A stretch of DNA of 64,000 nt, taken from the NCBI RefSeq assembly GCF_963506605.1, contig NC_083287.1, positions 49,228,001 to 49,292,000 on the forward strand, in the 5' to 3' direction. Origin of the DNA: Zootoca vivipara. Taxonomy: Eukaryota. Under the pieces are notes generated by a model. It was not told the origin of the DNA. It worked only from the letters and a program-made list of their open reading frames with translations, and made no database searches. Of the stretch, positions 1 to 11,855 are shown in pieces. Position numbers and translations under genes: made by a program. Each line of letters starts with the position of its first letter. Positions within the stretch are counted from its first letter, which is position 1.

Positions 1-52
1 GAATCAAGCCTTTCTGAAATTTGCTTATAAGTGTCAACGCTAGATTATAATA

Positions 53-268
53 AGTGGTACCTCTGGTTAAGAACTTAATTCATTCCGGAGGTCCGTTCTT
101 AACCTGAAACTGTTCTTAACCTGAGGTACCACTTTAGCTAATGGGGCCGCCCGGGCCGCCACCACGCAATTTCTGTTCTCATTCTGAAGCAAAGTTCTTA
201 ACCCGGCGTACTACTTCCAGGTTAGCGGAGTCTGTAACCTGAACCGTTTGTAACCCAAGGTACCACTG
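53..268. mobile_element. Tc1/mariner (Tigger-like) MITE
   Basis: AGTGGTACCTC...GGTACCACTG inverted termini flanked by TA; same family as 1552-1764, in opposite orientation. Confidence 0.8.
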
Positions 269-571
269 TATGCAAATGAAGTTATTAAGAGGCATTCATC
301 ATTCCAGTTAAGGATTGCAAGCAATAATTATTTTGGGTTTACACTTGCACAGGCTTCGCTGCTCTATAGGACATCAAGCACTTTGCCCAGACCAGAAGAC
401 CCCATTGAACTCTGCCTGTGAATGTTCAGTAAACCCTGCTTTGACCTTAGTAAACTGTCCTCTAAGACGATGAGGACTAGAAATCCCTTATATAGAAAAG
501 GAGGAGGACATTCTGAATTCTAACTTGTGGACAGTATTCTAGACATTCCTCTCTTTGCCCATTTTACTGTA

Positions 572-742
572 CAGTCATACCTCGGTTTAAGTACGCTTCG
601 GTTTGAGAACTTTCAGTTTAAGTACTCCGCGGACCGTCTGGAATGGATTAATCTACTTTCCATTACTTTCAATGAGAAAGTTCTCTTCAGGTTAAGTACA
701 GACTTCCGGAACCAATTGTGTATTTAAATTGAGGTACCACTG
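572..742. mobile_element. Tc1/mariner (Tigger-like) MITE
   Basis: CAGTCATACCTC...GAGGTACCACTG termini and TA TSD; same family as 21558-21836. Confidence 0.8.
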
Positions 743-1551
743 TACTGCCACTTCCCTTTGAGTTGCATGCAAGGAACATGAAAAATACAGCTCATGTTGG
801 CAGATTGATGATAGAAGACCAGTGTACTTCCTTCTTGATCTTGTAGTGGATTTTAACTGACAGAAGGAGGTTTGCTGGAAGCAAAACTGTCTCAGGGTGT
901 AAATCTTGATGGAGATATGGATAATCTTGTTATGTTGTCCAGTGTGGTGGCTCTTCAAACTGAAGAGCAGTTATTTTGGAAACAAGAATAGAGACGTTGG
1001 GGGGATTATACTTCATAATAAATTGTTTGGCCCATGAGGGGGGGAGGGTTAAATTTGAAAGGTAGGTTTAACATGATAGTTTCTCATGAGATTGTATGAT
1101 AGCATTGAGACTAGCAGTGGCAAAAATAAAACTAAGCTTGAAGTGTTCAGTGCTTATTTTCAATATTTCCATTTTATATGGTGTGTAATGACTTAGCAGT
1201 GGACCCGCACCTTGCCATTTGTCTAGGGCAGCAGTAGGGAACCCCCCAATCTCTAGGCCTAATTCAGTTAGGCAGTAGTACTAATGAGGTCTGTGAGGCT
1301 GTTTTCTCAAAATCCACACCCACCTGCCCTATGTCACATATGACATCAGGGGTGAGGCAGGTAAAGATATGGATGAAAAGCAGCAGTTGGGAGTTTATAA
1401 GGTGTGCTCCCAATTGTTCCCTGGCAGTGAGCCCCACTGGGAGACAGGATATTTGCTTTTGGGAATTCCCTAGTGCCACCAATGAGGCTTGCTCTCTATA
1501 CCAGTCAGCCAAAGGCCTTTGAAGTTGTCACTGCCCAGCATCTTCATTTTA

Positions 1552-1764
1552 CAGTGGTTCCTCAGGTTACAGACGCTTCAGGTTACAGACTCCGCTAACC
1601 CAGAAATAGTACCTCAGTTTAAAAACATTGCTTCAGGATGAGAACAGAAATCGCGCAGTGGCGGTGCGGCAGCAGCGGGTGGCCCCATTAGCTAAAGTGG
1701 TACCTCAGGTTAAGAACAGTTTCAGTTTCAGAACGAATTAAGTTCTTAACCCGAGGTATCACTG
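1552..1764. mobile_element. Tc1/mariner (Tigger-like) MITE
   Basis: CAGTGGTTCCTC...GAGGTATCACTG termini and TA TSD. Confidence 0.8.
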
Positions 1765-2340
1765 TATTATTTATATGCTGCCCATGTGACTGGGTTGCCC
1801 CAGGCAGTCTGGGCGGCTCCCAACAAAATCTTACACAGTAAAATGTCAACCATTAAAAACTTTCCTGTATAGGGTTGCCTTCAGATGTCTTCTAAAAGTC
1901 ATATAGTTATTTATGTTTGTCATCTGATGGGAGGGTGTTCCACAGGGCAGGTGCCACTATCGAGAAGGCCCTTGGAGCTGGACCTCCGTGTCTGGGCTGG
2001 ATTATGGGAGTGGAGACGCTCTTTCAGGTATACAAAATCAAGACTGTTTAGAGCTTTAAAGGTCAGCACCAACAATTTGAATTGTGCCTGGAAATGTACT
2101 GGGAGCCAATGTCGATCCTTTCGGGCTGGAGTTAGGTCGCGGTGGCCATTCCCAGTCACCAATCTAGCTGCTGCATTCTGGATTAATTGTAGTTTCTGTG
2201 TCACCTTGAAAGGTAGCCCCACATAGAGTGCATTACAGTAGTCAAAGCGGGAGATAACCAGAGTATGTACCACTGTGGCAAGACAGTACACAGGGAGGTA
2301 GGGTCTCAGCTGTTGTACCAGGTACTGCTGGACACAGAAT
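1765..2340 (-). mobile_element. L2-clade LINE 3' fragment (ORF2 C-terminus)
   Basis: Minus-strand translation SRFDYCNALYVGLP...LQLIQNAAARLVTG...HWLPV is typical of L2 ORF2; related 3' ends occur at ~40870 and ~60428. Confidence 0.8.
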
Positions 2341-3074
2341 TAATAATATGAGGTAAGTGATAGGTGGGCAGCCCTGCCTATCTGCTGGAGTTGACCTGTG
2401 GAGGAGGTAAGGATTTGGCCCACTGACCAGATTGAGTCTCCCACACTGGTCTTTGGAAAGCACCAAAGCAGCAAACTTGCTTCTTCCTGTATTACCATAC
2501 CATTGGAGGTGTCTGTCCCACCACTTTAAATCTATTGAGTGCAGTTGGGATAGCTATGTGCTCTTTTTGGCTTCTGCAATTTTATTTATTTAAGCTTCAT
2601 TAACAAGAAATGAGATGCTACAGAATGTTAGCATTTTAAAGGCGCTTAAGGTGAATTTCTGAAATTCAGTTCTGTGTACTTATTAATCCAAGAGTTATTT
2701 ATATTTTATGGAGAAGAGAGGTAATGGGAAAAGGCAGTTCACTGAGAACCTAAGACAAGTATAGACCACTAAGCACGACATCAGAATAGTTAACACTTTG
2801 AAGTAGATTTCAAAACAAACCACTGAAGTTTAGAAATATCCCATCTGGAACTTCTATCAGTGCATGGGAATGCGAGAGAGCGCAGGAGGAGGACAGTGCC
2901 AGAATTTCCTCCCTCATGGCTACGCTGCTTGCTGCAAGTGGGAAGGATGGTATTGAGGAGAAAGCAGAGCCATGTTAAATTTGGCCCTCAGGGAAGTATA
3001 AAGAAGAAGAACACCCGCAGGGCACCTTCTCTCTCTCCCCCTCCTTGTCTGCCACAGTATACAGAAAGACACTT

Positions 3075-3575
3075 CAAATCGAGGCAGTACTGTATTGAGT
3101 CTATATATAAAAAAAATCTTTTTAGAATTATGTTGTTTAGCAACCAGAAACACCATAACCAGACACTGGAAAGACCTGTCAGAAGTAAACATGGACCAAT
3201 GGTACCAAACAGTATGGGAAACAGCCTTACTAGAAAAATTAACCAATAAGTTGAAACTGACACGGGGACAAATAGAAGAAGACGGCTTCACCCCGGTATG
3301 GTTCCCCTTTATCACATACACAGCTCAACAAGATAATGACAAAAATCCACCAACAGCATACAAATCAATATGGCTAACCTGATCCAAAACACTCATCCAC
3401 CCCACTCACACACAAAACAAAGACCACCACAGCCAACCACAAAGGAACAACCATATCCTAGGCCAACCCCAACATCTCTCACCAGCAAAGGAACACAAGC
3501 GATCAGCAGAGAACCTACACAAGCGACGCTGACAATACGCCCCACACATATTAAGCAAATACGCCCCACACATAG
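3075..3575 (+). mobile_element. L1/Tx1-type LINE 3' fragment
   Basis: Translation ITRHWK...WYQTVWETALLEKLT...FTPVWFPFITY resembles an L1-clade ORF2 C-terminus, followed by a CA-rich UTR. Confidence 0.65.
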
Positions 3576-3825
3576 TGCATATGCTATCCATACCTCTGAA
3601 AATGATCTAAGCGTACTCTGTTGATGCTTTCTGTTGAATCCTACCTTGAAGTTTTTGTAACTTCAAAACTTTTCAAGTCCACCAGCAGCTGAATCAGAAT
3701 AGAGACTTGAATACATGTTTTATAGGAAGGGGTGTAAGTACTTCTGCTTACAACTCCAAAAGATTAAGGACAAAAATATGGACTCGGTTGCTTCCTTCTT
3801 TCCACCAGTTTTTAACAGTTTTTGA

Positions 3826-4497
3826 TGTGTGTGTGTGTTATTAAAGATTAAAGAATATTAAAGATTCTCTTGGTTTACAAAGTATGTGCATTGTCTCTTT
3901 TTCAGGTTGTGTTTTCTACAGATTGATTACATTTGTTGGGAGACAGTGTTGTAGACAGTATAAGGTTGGGGAAGAAAAGCTGGCAGATAGGGGGATAGGG
4001 TGGTAAAACTTATATTCTTTTACTTGGTGTATGTGTGGGGTTTTGTGTCGGCATCACTTGGGAAGTTCTCTTTGTATTCACTTTTATTTCCTTGATAGTG
4101 AGAGAGGTTGAAGAGGGGTGGGGCATGGTTGGTTGTTTTAGTTGGCTGCAGTGAGATTTGTTTGCTTGGGGGGGATTGTTGGGTGAAGCTAGCCATATTG
4201 ATTCATATGCTATTGGTCAGGCATCCCCAAACTTTGGAATGGCAATGGAATCTGGCTTCCTTGCTGGTGATGGGACAGCAACCTTCACTGTAAGTAAGAA
4301 GAACAAGCTAGCTTAGATGGGGCTTCTATCCAGGCTGATTTCAGCAGGCATCCCCAAACTTCGGCCCTCCAGATGTTTTGGTCTATAATTCCCATCTTCC
4401 CCGACCACTGACCCTGTTAGCTAGGGATCATGGGAGTCGTAGGCCAAAACATCTGGAGGGCCACAGTTTAGGGATGGCTGCTGTTGGTGGATTCTTG
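3826..4497 (-). mobile_element. Second, inverted copy of the same L1-type 3' end, interrupted by a hAT MITE
   Basis: The reverse complement of ~4186-4217 plus 4481-4497 matches ~3343-3380 (ATCCACCAACAGCATA..AATCAATATGGCTA). Confidence 0.65.
4218..4480. mobile_element. Composite hAT MITE: extra left TIR, ~110-bp captured segment and a complete 136-bp MITE
   Basis: CAGGCATCCCCAAACTT at both 4218 and 4345; an 8-bp TSD CTATTGGT/CTGTTGGT (7/8) flanks the whole unit. Confidence 0.85.
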
Positions 4498-4750
4498 AAC
4501 AACAACGGAAAAGTCTTGAAAATAATTGGCCTGTTACTTTAACCCTCCTGGACTCCCCTAAATGTTATAAAGGGTGAGTCACTGACAGTGCTGGAACCTG
4601 AGATATGAAAGCCAGGAGCTAAATGGCACCTTAAACCTCGGTTATGGGCGCAACAACGGAATGTCTAGGCACACTTTTTATAACAAAACAGAGCTGAAAA
4701 TGAATGAACTGCAGCTAAAATATTGTGCTCATTTTTCACATGGTCTAGTC

Positions 4751-4886
4751 CAGGCACCCCCAAACTGCGGCCCTCCAGATGTTTCGGCCTACAACTCCCA
4801 TGATCCCTAGCTAACAGAACCAGTGGTCAGGGATGATGGGAATTGTAGTCCAAAACGTCTGGAGGGCTGAAGTTTGGGGGTGCCTG
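4751..4886. mobile_element. hAT (Charlie-like) 136-bp MITE
   Basis: CAGGCACCCCCAAACT TIRs; perfect 8-bp TSD GTCTAGTC. Confidence 0.9.
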
Positions 4887-5911
4887 GTCTAGTCCTTCCC
4901 CTGCCCACCCCTCTAATATTATTAAAAGGGTCTCTTCTCCAGTTTTCAGAGAGTAGCTGGAAGTGGGGAGGCAGAAAAATATCCTCCTTTCCTTCCACTC
5001 TGCAGTTTTAATCTGAAATCTTACGCACAGTACTGCACCCAGAGCTCAGAAACTGCTTACACTAATGAAATTCCCTGTCACAAAATGCGCCTAGAACAGT
5101 GGGAGTTTCGAACACTGGTTGCTGAATATGGATTTAAAGCAACTTTGAGGGTTGTTGCAGTTTTGATTCACAGATGGCAGACTAACATGAAGAAGACAAG
5201 CCACACCAATAGTCTTGGTACAGGCGGACATTTTAGACTTGCACATAACAGTGTTCTTTCCCTCTTCCCACTCAAACTTGAAAGTAGTCAGGAGCTATTG
5301 TGCTTTATCCTGTCTGACTGCAATTTTGCAATATATTCCAGTGCCATTTGGCCAGCCCTGAACTATAGCCAAGCATGCTGCTTGCCTGCCCACACTTGGT
5401 TGGCAAGGAGCCCAGAAGCTTGAACGTTGCATAACTGGCAACTTCTTAAATGATGAACATTTTTTCATGTTAATTTAGTCTGCTTGCTGCTGAATAGGTA
5501 ATTGAACTTGTGTTGTCACATATTATAATTCATTATTCCCATCTCTGCCTTACTGGGTTTTTAAAGGGTTTTTTAGGGGCTTCACACTTTTTACCAATAT
5601 GATTGGCAGAATGTTTTGGTCTTGGATTTTTGCTGTCTCTATATCATCCATAGAATGCCGACCCTGAACTTGTGCTATCTGGATTTCTGCTGGTTTGCTT
5701 TCAAATGTGCCCTTACTATGTACTACAACGCCTATGAATGAAACATTGGATTCAGTTCAAATGGGGGAAAGCAACATTTGAAAACATTTTATAATTAGAC
5801 CAGCGGGAATTTTGCTGTGCCCATCAAATGGAATATTTCTGCCAAGCTGATAGGTGAAATCAGTTTACAAGCTTTTCTGTATTTCTGTAGACATCTTGAA
5901 GTAATAGTCAG

Positions 5912-6080
5912 GACATAGGAAACTCCCTTATACTGAGTCAGGTCTTTATAGCTCAGTGTTTTTTGTTTTGTCCATGGCTGTACAGGATTTTAAGGGTCTT
6001 TCCCAGGCGTGCCTGGAGATGCCAGGGATTGAACCTCGGACCTTCTGCATGTAAGGCAGGTGTTTAACCCCATTGAGCTT
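5912..6080 (-). mobile_element. tRNA-derived SINE (Squam3-like), degenerate
   Basis: Minus-strand A box AGCTCAATGG and B box GGTTCAATCCC; related copies at ~54215-54355 and ~61020-61200. Confidence 0.6.
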
Positions 6081-6124
6081 CTTTTTGCATCAGAAACACA
6101 TATTTAGAATTACCAGACTGGTGG

Positions 6125-6910
6125 GAAAGCAAGCATGTTCCCTCTTCCATGTGACAGCCCTTATGATACTTGAAGATGGCTATCATATCTCCCCTCAGTC
6201 TCCTCTTTTCCAGGCTAAACATACCCAGCTCCTTCAAGCATTCCTTGTAAGGCTTAGTTTCCAGGCCCTTAATCAACTTGGTTTCCCTCCTCTGCACACT
6301 TTCCACCTTGTCAACATCCTTCTTAAATTGTGGTACCCAGAATTGGACACAGTATTCCAGGTATGGTCTGACCAAGGCAGCTGTGGTCTAAACCACAGAG
6401 CCTAGGGTTTGCCAATCAGAAGGTTGGCGGTTCGAATCCCTGCAATAGGGTGAGCTCCCGTTGCTCGGTCCCAGCTCCTGCCAACCTAACAGTTTGAAAG
6501 CACGTCAAAATTCAAGTAGATAAATAGGTACCGCACCGGCGGGAAGGTAAATGGCGTTTCCGTGCGCTGCTCTGGTTCGCCAGAAGTGGCTTAGTCATGC
6601 TGGCCACATGACCCGGAAGCTGTATGCCAGCTCCCTCAGCCAATAAAGCGAGATGAACGCGGCAACCCCAGAGTCGTCCGCAACTGCACCTAATAGTCAA
6701 GGGTCCCTTTACCTTATTACTTCCCTTGATTTCTGGACACTATACTTCTGTTGATGTAGCCTAGAATAGTGTTAGCTTTTTTTGCTTCTGCATCACACTG
6801 TTGATTCAGGTTAAGCTTGTGATCCACCAAGACCCCTAGATCCTTTTCACATGTACTGCTAGTAAGCCAGGTGTCCCCCGCCTATATTTGTGCGTCTGGT
6901 TCTTCCTGCC
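6125..6910 (-). mobile_element. CR1 LINE ORF2 fragment interrupted by a Sauria SINE
   Basis: Translation [13 protein letters not shown]...[21 protein letters not shown] is diagnostic of the CR1 ORF2 C-terminus. Confidence 0.9.
6377..6715 (+). mobile_element. Sauria SINE
   Basis: B box GGTTCGAATCC, the conserved CAAGTAGATAAATAGGTACCGC core and an ACCTTT-type tail. Confidence 0.9.
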
Positions 6911-8797
6911 ATGTGAGAAGTTGTTGGTTTCATTTTTAATTCAGATGACCTGTTTATTAGCTAGAAATGCTTACGAAATGCAACTACAATGTGGTGTGTA
7001 GTTTAAAAAAATGCAAGCCTGGGCCCCAAAGTATCCACCATGCCTTGTGATCTTTGCTTTAGGATTATGTTGCCTGCCATTGGCAAACACATCAGACAGG
7101 TGCTAGCAACTATTTCATGTAGACAGGGGTCACTGCAGTGCAGAAAAAGGCACAGCTATATCTCAAAAAGAAAGTTTTTCCAAGGACCTGAAGAGATGGC
7201 AGGCTTCTTACATTTTGCCTAGCACTGGCTCCCCAGTGCTTCACGTCACAGTATTTTAAAATCCATAATTAACAGTGGGGGCACAGCATAAAGTAAAGCC
7301 TTTAGGATGATGTGGGGAACCTTTATGGCCCAATGGGCCCAGATCTTTAACCCATAGCGATAGAGGGAGATGGGAACCAAGTGCATTCAATCCTGCTTTT
7401 GTCAGGTTTTTTTACTTGTGGTATAGGATGTGGGCCAGGCGGGCATTGTTTGGGAGAAATGGCCTCGTGAGCCAAATAGGGTGACCTGCTGGGTCAACTT
7501 TGTGCTGTGGGGCAGAGATTCCCTATCCCTACTTTCAGTGTGAAGAAACCGACAATTTAGAGTAGGCATAATACCTGGTTTATGATATGTCACATGTTTA
7601 GAAGACCAACATAGGTCCTCAATGCCATTCGATTTCTGAGTAGTTGCAAGAAGGGTATCAAGCTGTTTCTCAGTGCGAATGGTAGACCTAACGGTCGGTT
7701 ACCTTTACCTTTATGAAGGTAGCTTTACTTAAGGTTATTGCCAGCTCCTCTTTGCAAGAATGTGATATTTCTGAGCTAGTTGTTATAGTGTAGTTAAACA
7801 CCACAAGCTGGACAATTGCCATAATAAACAACAGGAAAAGAATTTGTTACAGAGAGGTGTTCATTGCGAGGTAAGACAGGCCAAAAACCACCCTTTGTTA
7901 TGTTTCCTCATGAATTTGGGTGCCGCCATCCATGTTATGTGACCTTCATCTGAGTATGTGGGAATTCAGACTGAACAGTATCTTTAACGGGAAGAAGCAG
8001 ACCTGAATTAGTTCCGTTTCAGGATCCAAGTAGCATTGGGCACAGCAGTCAGCTCATGAAGGAGGCTGTGTATGGGTAAAGCTGTTTAATCAACTCCAGG
8101 CTTCTAATTCAATATATTTATTTAACATTGCAATACAATAGAGTAAGATATATCAGAAACTGCATAAAAGGAAAAAAGTAATTTTCCAACTAATCCTTCC
8201 TCTAATGCAGTCTCTCCATCCCTCCTAATCCCTTTTCCTTTTCTTTTGCATCTTCTAGGTTGTAAGCCTGAGGGCAGAGACTGGCTCATCATTGACATTT
8301 GTAAGCCACTCTGGAAGCCCTTTTTCAGCTGAAGAGTGGGATAAAAATGCATTAAATAAATAAATAAATAGATTAGTTCAATGACTTATAAAAACATTAG
8401 CATCCGTTACCTGCAGGCAGATTTACAGGATCTGTTGAAGCCAAAGTAAACAGTCAAGAGAGTTCCCTCAAGCAATGGAGACAGACATGCCCAGACCATC
8501 CTATTAAGTATGTTGTGTGCCAGGAGGGGCACAGAGATGGGTGTCCTGGCAGAGTCTGATTCCCTCCCAGATGGGTATATGTGTGACCCTTCTCTGTGTG
8601 CCCCCTCCATGGGAGGTCTGGAGAGTGACAACACTAGAACAGGCCTTTTCATTGGTGGCTGGTGGAATGATCTCCACTCGGAGGCATGCCTGGTAACTTC
8701 TTTCTTTAGGTGTTAGGCAAAGCCTTTCATTTTTATCCAGGCTTTTGGTTCTTAGTTTGAAATGTTCCACATATTCGCTGCTTCGTGTTACAATCAG

Positions 8798-10720
8798 GTT
8801 TTTTTATTTTATTATTTTTTATTGAATTTTACATAGAGGGGGGAAAAATAAAATTAAAAAATACAAGAAACAAAAAATGACAATATTATCCCATCTTATT
8901 TCTTCAAAATACTTCACTTCCCCTTCTTACAGTCCTTATTAATAATTAACTCTTACCATTTCCAAATCTTAGCTAGAAATCATGAAATTACATCTTGTCT
9001 CCCATTTCATAACCTTATTCTTAAATAATTCTTATTCATTTTATATAGAAGAAGAGTGAAGGAAAAATAGAAAGAAAAAAACCAAAATAAAAATAAATAG
9101 ACATAAGACATACTCATTTTTCCAATTTCTAATCTAAACATTTCGGACCTCCTCATTTCCCCTTCTTGATTTCCTTATTAATCACTAATTATTGCAGTTT
9201 CCAAATCTAAGATTACCTTCTTTCTTCCAATTTACAACTTCTTTTTAACCATTTACCCTTGATACCGTGTTTTATCCACCTGTAAAAATCATCTCAATTC
9301 CTCCTCACCCCACTCCTGCTCTGTCCCATTCTAAATTTTGCTCAACCCTTCCCCCCCTGCTGTATTCCCAACATTTTATCTTCATTCTCTTTCTGCCCCC
9401 CACCTGCTTCCTTCACCCCCTCTCTCACTGGGGTAACAACCTTTTTGTTTTTCCCCTTTTTGGGGGGCTTTAGGATCGAGTCCCTTCCCTGTTCCACCCC
9501 TCCCACCGGTGAAACAGTGATTTCTTCTTCCTCCTCTTCTGTCTCAAAAATCAGTTCTGTTGAATCAGCAGTCTTCTCTCCCGTAGTTATTGCGTTGCCT
9601 TCAGGATTGCGGTTCTCCTCTGTCATTTCCAGAATTTTCCCTAAAGTCAAATCACAGCATGCGTCTTGTTCTAGTCCTTCCCCTAGTCCTTCTTCCTCTT
9701 CTTCCTCTCTGAATTTGTATGGATCCTATATTTCAAAATTCATTTCTATTAGTTCATCAGTCCTCTCATCCATGCTTGTTGCAACACCTTTGGGATTGCG
9801 AATTTCCTCTGTCATTTCCAGAATTGTTGTCAAAATCAAGTCCCACTGTGTACCATTCTTCTCACAGTCCAGAACCTTCTCTCCCTTCCTGTTGATGCTT
9901 TCCGCCTCCATAATTATGGCAGAGCAGGAAGTGGTGTTGTTATTGTCCTTGTTTTATATTTTCCAAGTATAAAAAGAATAAAGTCCCGTCTGAACTGGAT
10001 CCAACCTCTATTTCTTTACTTTTTCTCTTATTATTCAGTCTCAAGTTCAACACTGAGTGGCCTTGAAGTTTATTTTTTAAAACTTCCTCTTTTACTTGTC
10101 TGCAGCTCTCAGTCTCATGCAACAATCACATTCTTTTCTATTGTGACGTCATAAAGGCGATCCTTCCTTTGACCCGACTCCAAGCTCAAGTCAAATCACA
10201 GTCTTTTGCAGAGATTTATATGCACTTTATCTTTTTCCCTTACTCTGCATCAGGAAAAAGTTCTTAGAAGAAAATTGCTGGGCTTTCCCCAGCTTTGCTG
10301 CATCGTCCATTACTCAAGTGGGGGGGGGGCTGACTTCCCTTTTAAGCCTCCTCCCAGCGCCAATTATCCAGTCCAATTCATAATTTTTTGACTAACTTGA
10401 TCCAAATCTCTTCTTTTTAAGGGAAGAATCCGCCGCTTGCAGGCTGTAGGCTTGGAGCTTTGCTTCTTGGAGGTAACTTTGGTGCTCAAAATGGCTCCCA
10501 CAACTGCGACTCCGCTGACTCTCGGGGCTCTTACGAGCTTACCGGGCAGCGGAGGAGTCGTTCCTGGAGCTCCGCCGAGCTTTTTTTGCCCCCGGGACAC
10601 TCTACCCGGGGTTCTACGGGGGTCCGCGTCGCCCCCACGAAATCCCCCCCCCCGCAAGCCAGAAACCTCGGAGCTCGAGGTTTCTGCGGCTCTCAGTCAG
10701 CGCGGCAGATCGGAAGTCCC
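8798..10720 (-). mobile_element. 1.9-kb non-autonomous L1-like (HAL1-like) retroelement
   Basis: TSD TACAATCAG at 8789-8797 and 10721-10729; minus-strand AATAAA plus A-rich tail at ~8798-8825; CpG-rich 5' end starting GGGACTTCCG; a single acidic ORF and no RT. Confidence 0.75.
9342..9911 (-). pseudogene. Acidic ORF of the HAL1-like element, 190 codons with one internal TAG
   Basis: Track ORFs 9726..9911 and 9342..9650 share a frame; the linker reads *DPYKFREEEEEEGLGEGLEQDACCD with no other stop. Confidence 0.6.
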
Positions 10721-11783
10721 TACAATCAGTTTGTTTTGGGTCACATTTGTGAGGAACGTGACTAATACATATAATAATAGTACTTTCCATTCATGGGAAT
10801 GTGGGGGCGAGGAGTGTCTACTGGGACGGTTCAGGGTGGGGGTGGGTTAGAAACATCTTTGTTCGCAATACCTATGTATGTCATAGGCTTTGCCCTCATG
10901 GAAGATGTCAGGGTGGGGGGGGGTGTTGTGGGGTTTTTTTGTTTTTTGTTTTTGTTTTTTGCAAACATAATATTCCTAAAGAGACAAGAGGGTTGGAACA
11001 TTGGCTTTTGTCACACTTAAGGAGAAGAATGTATGGTCACCTTATGTGCAAATCATTCTGGTTTCTCGTGAAACAATGAGTATTTTAAATTATTCTAATG
11101 GTAATAAGTGGTATGTGGAAATAAGATGGCTGCCTGGCACAGGCATATGTTCACCATATGAAACTTTTTTTTTTTTAGACAGATAGACGTCTTCAGAACT
11201 CAGTTTGAAAGATGCTTGGAGCAATGCTTCAGTATTTAATAGGCCGTGGTTATAGTTTCACCTCTATACATATTTCCTTTAGCACTTGTGAAAACCTGCA
11301 TTGGATATATGTGAGGCAGGACTGTTAATTCTAATGCCTATTGATATATTTGCTGCTTTACAGCAGAAGTGACAGCATGACCAAATGGGATGGCAGTAAC
11401 TCAAGGGTGTAGAAAAGATGCTAGCATCCTTGGGTTTTAGGGTAATGGAAGTGTTTGTAGCAGCTGCAAATAATGGGTGTGACTATCAAGCCAAGCTATA
11501 ATGTGTAGATCCTAGCAGAGGAAAATGTGAAGAACAGTTTGTGATATGGCATGATGCGCTACAGTTCAAAGGGAGAAAAAGTCGTCATCAATCAATTTTC
11601 AATCCAATTAAAACGCAGATACGGCATAGAAGGAGGGAGTCAGACACTGTCTCTCACGCACAGTGTAGTCGGCATCACCTAAACAGCGCTTCAAAAAAAA
11701 AGTGCAAAATTTCTGTGTTTGGTAACAGAATGTCATTAACCGCATGTGCAGCACTGTTAGCTTTTGCCTTGTTTTATTCACAG

Positions 11784-11855
11784 GGAAATCATCATTGACG
11801 ATTCAGTTTGTGGAAGGCCAGTTTGTTGATTCATATGATCCTACCATAGAAAACA
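11784..11855 (+). CDS. RHEB: RHEB coding exon 2 (GKSSLTIQFVEGQFVDSYDPTIEN)
   Basis: CAG acceptor 11781-11783 and GTAAG donor at 11856. The translation matches the Rheb P-loop end and switch I. 72 nt, phases compatible with the neighbouring exons. Confidence 0.98.

Noticed and set aside
9445-9972. 175-aa Ser-rich plus-strand ORF
   Set aside because: It is the antisense shadow of the Glu-rich minus-strand ORF in the retroelement.
1-11783. Search for RHEB exon 1 (MPQSKSRKIAILGYRSV)
   Set aside because: Not found; it must lie upstream. The CpG-rich patch at 10430-10720 belongs to the TSD-flanked retroelement, not the RHEB promoter.
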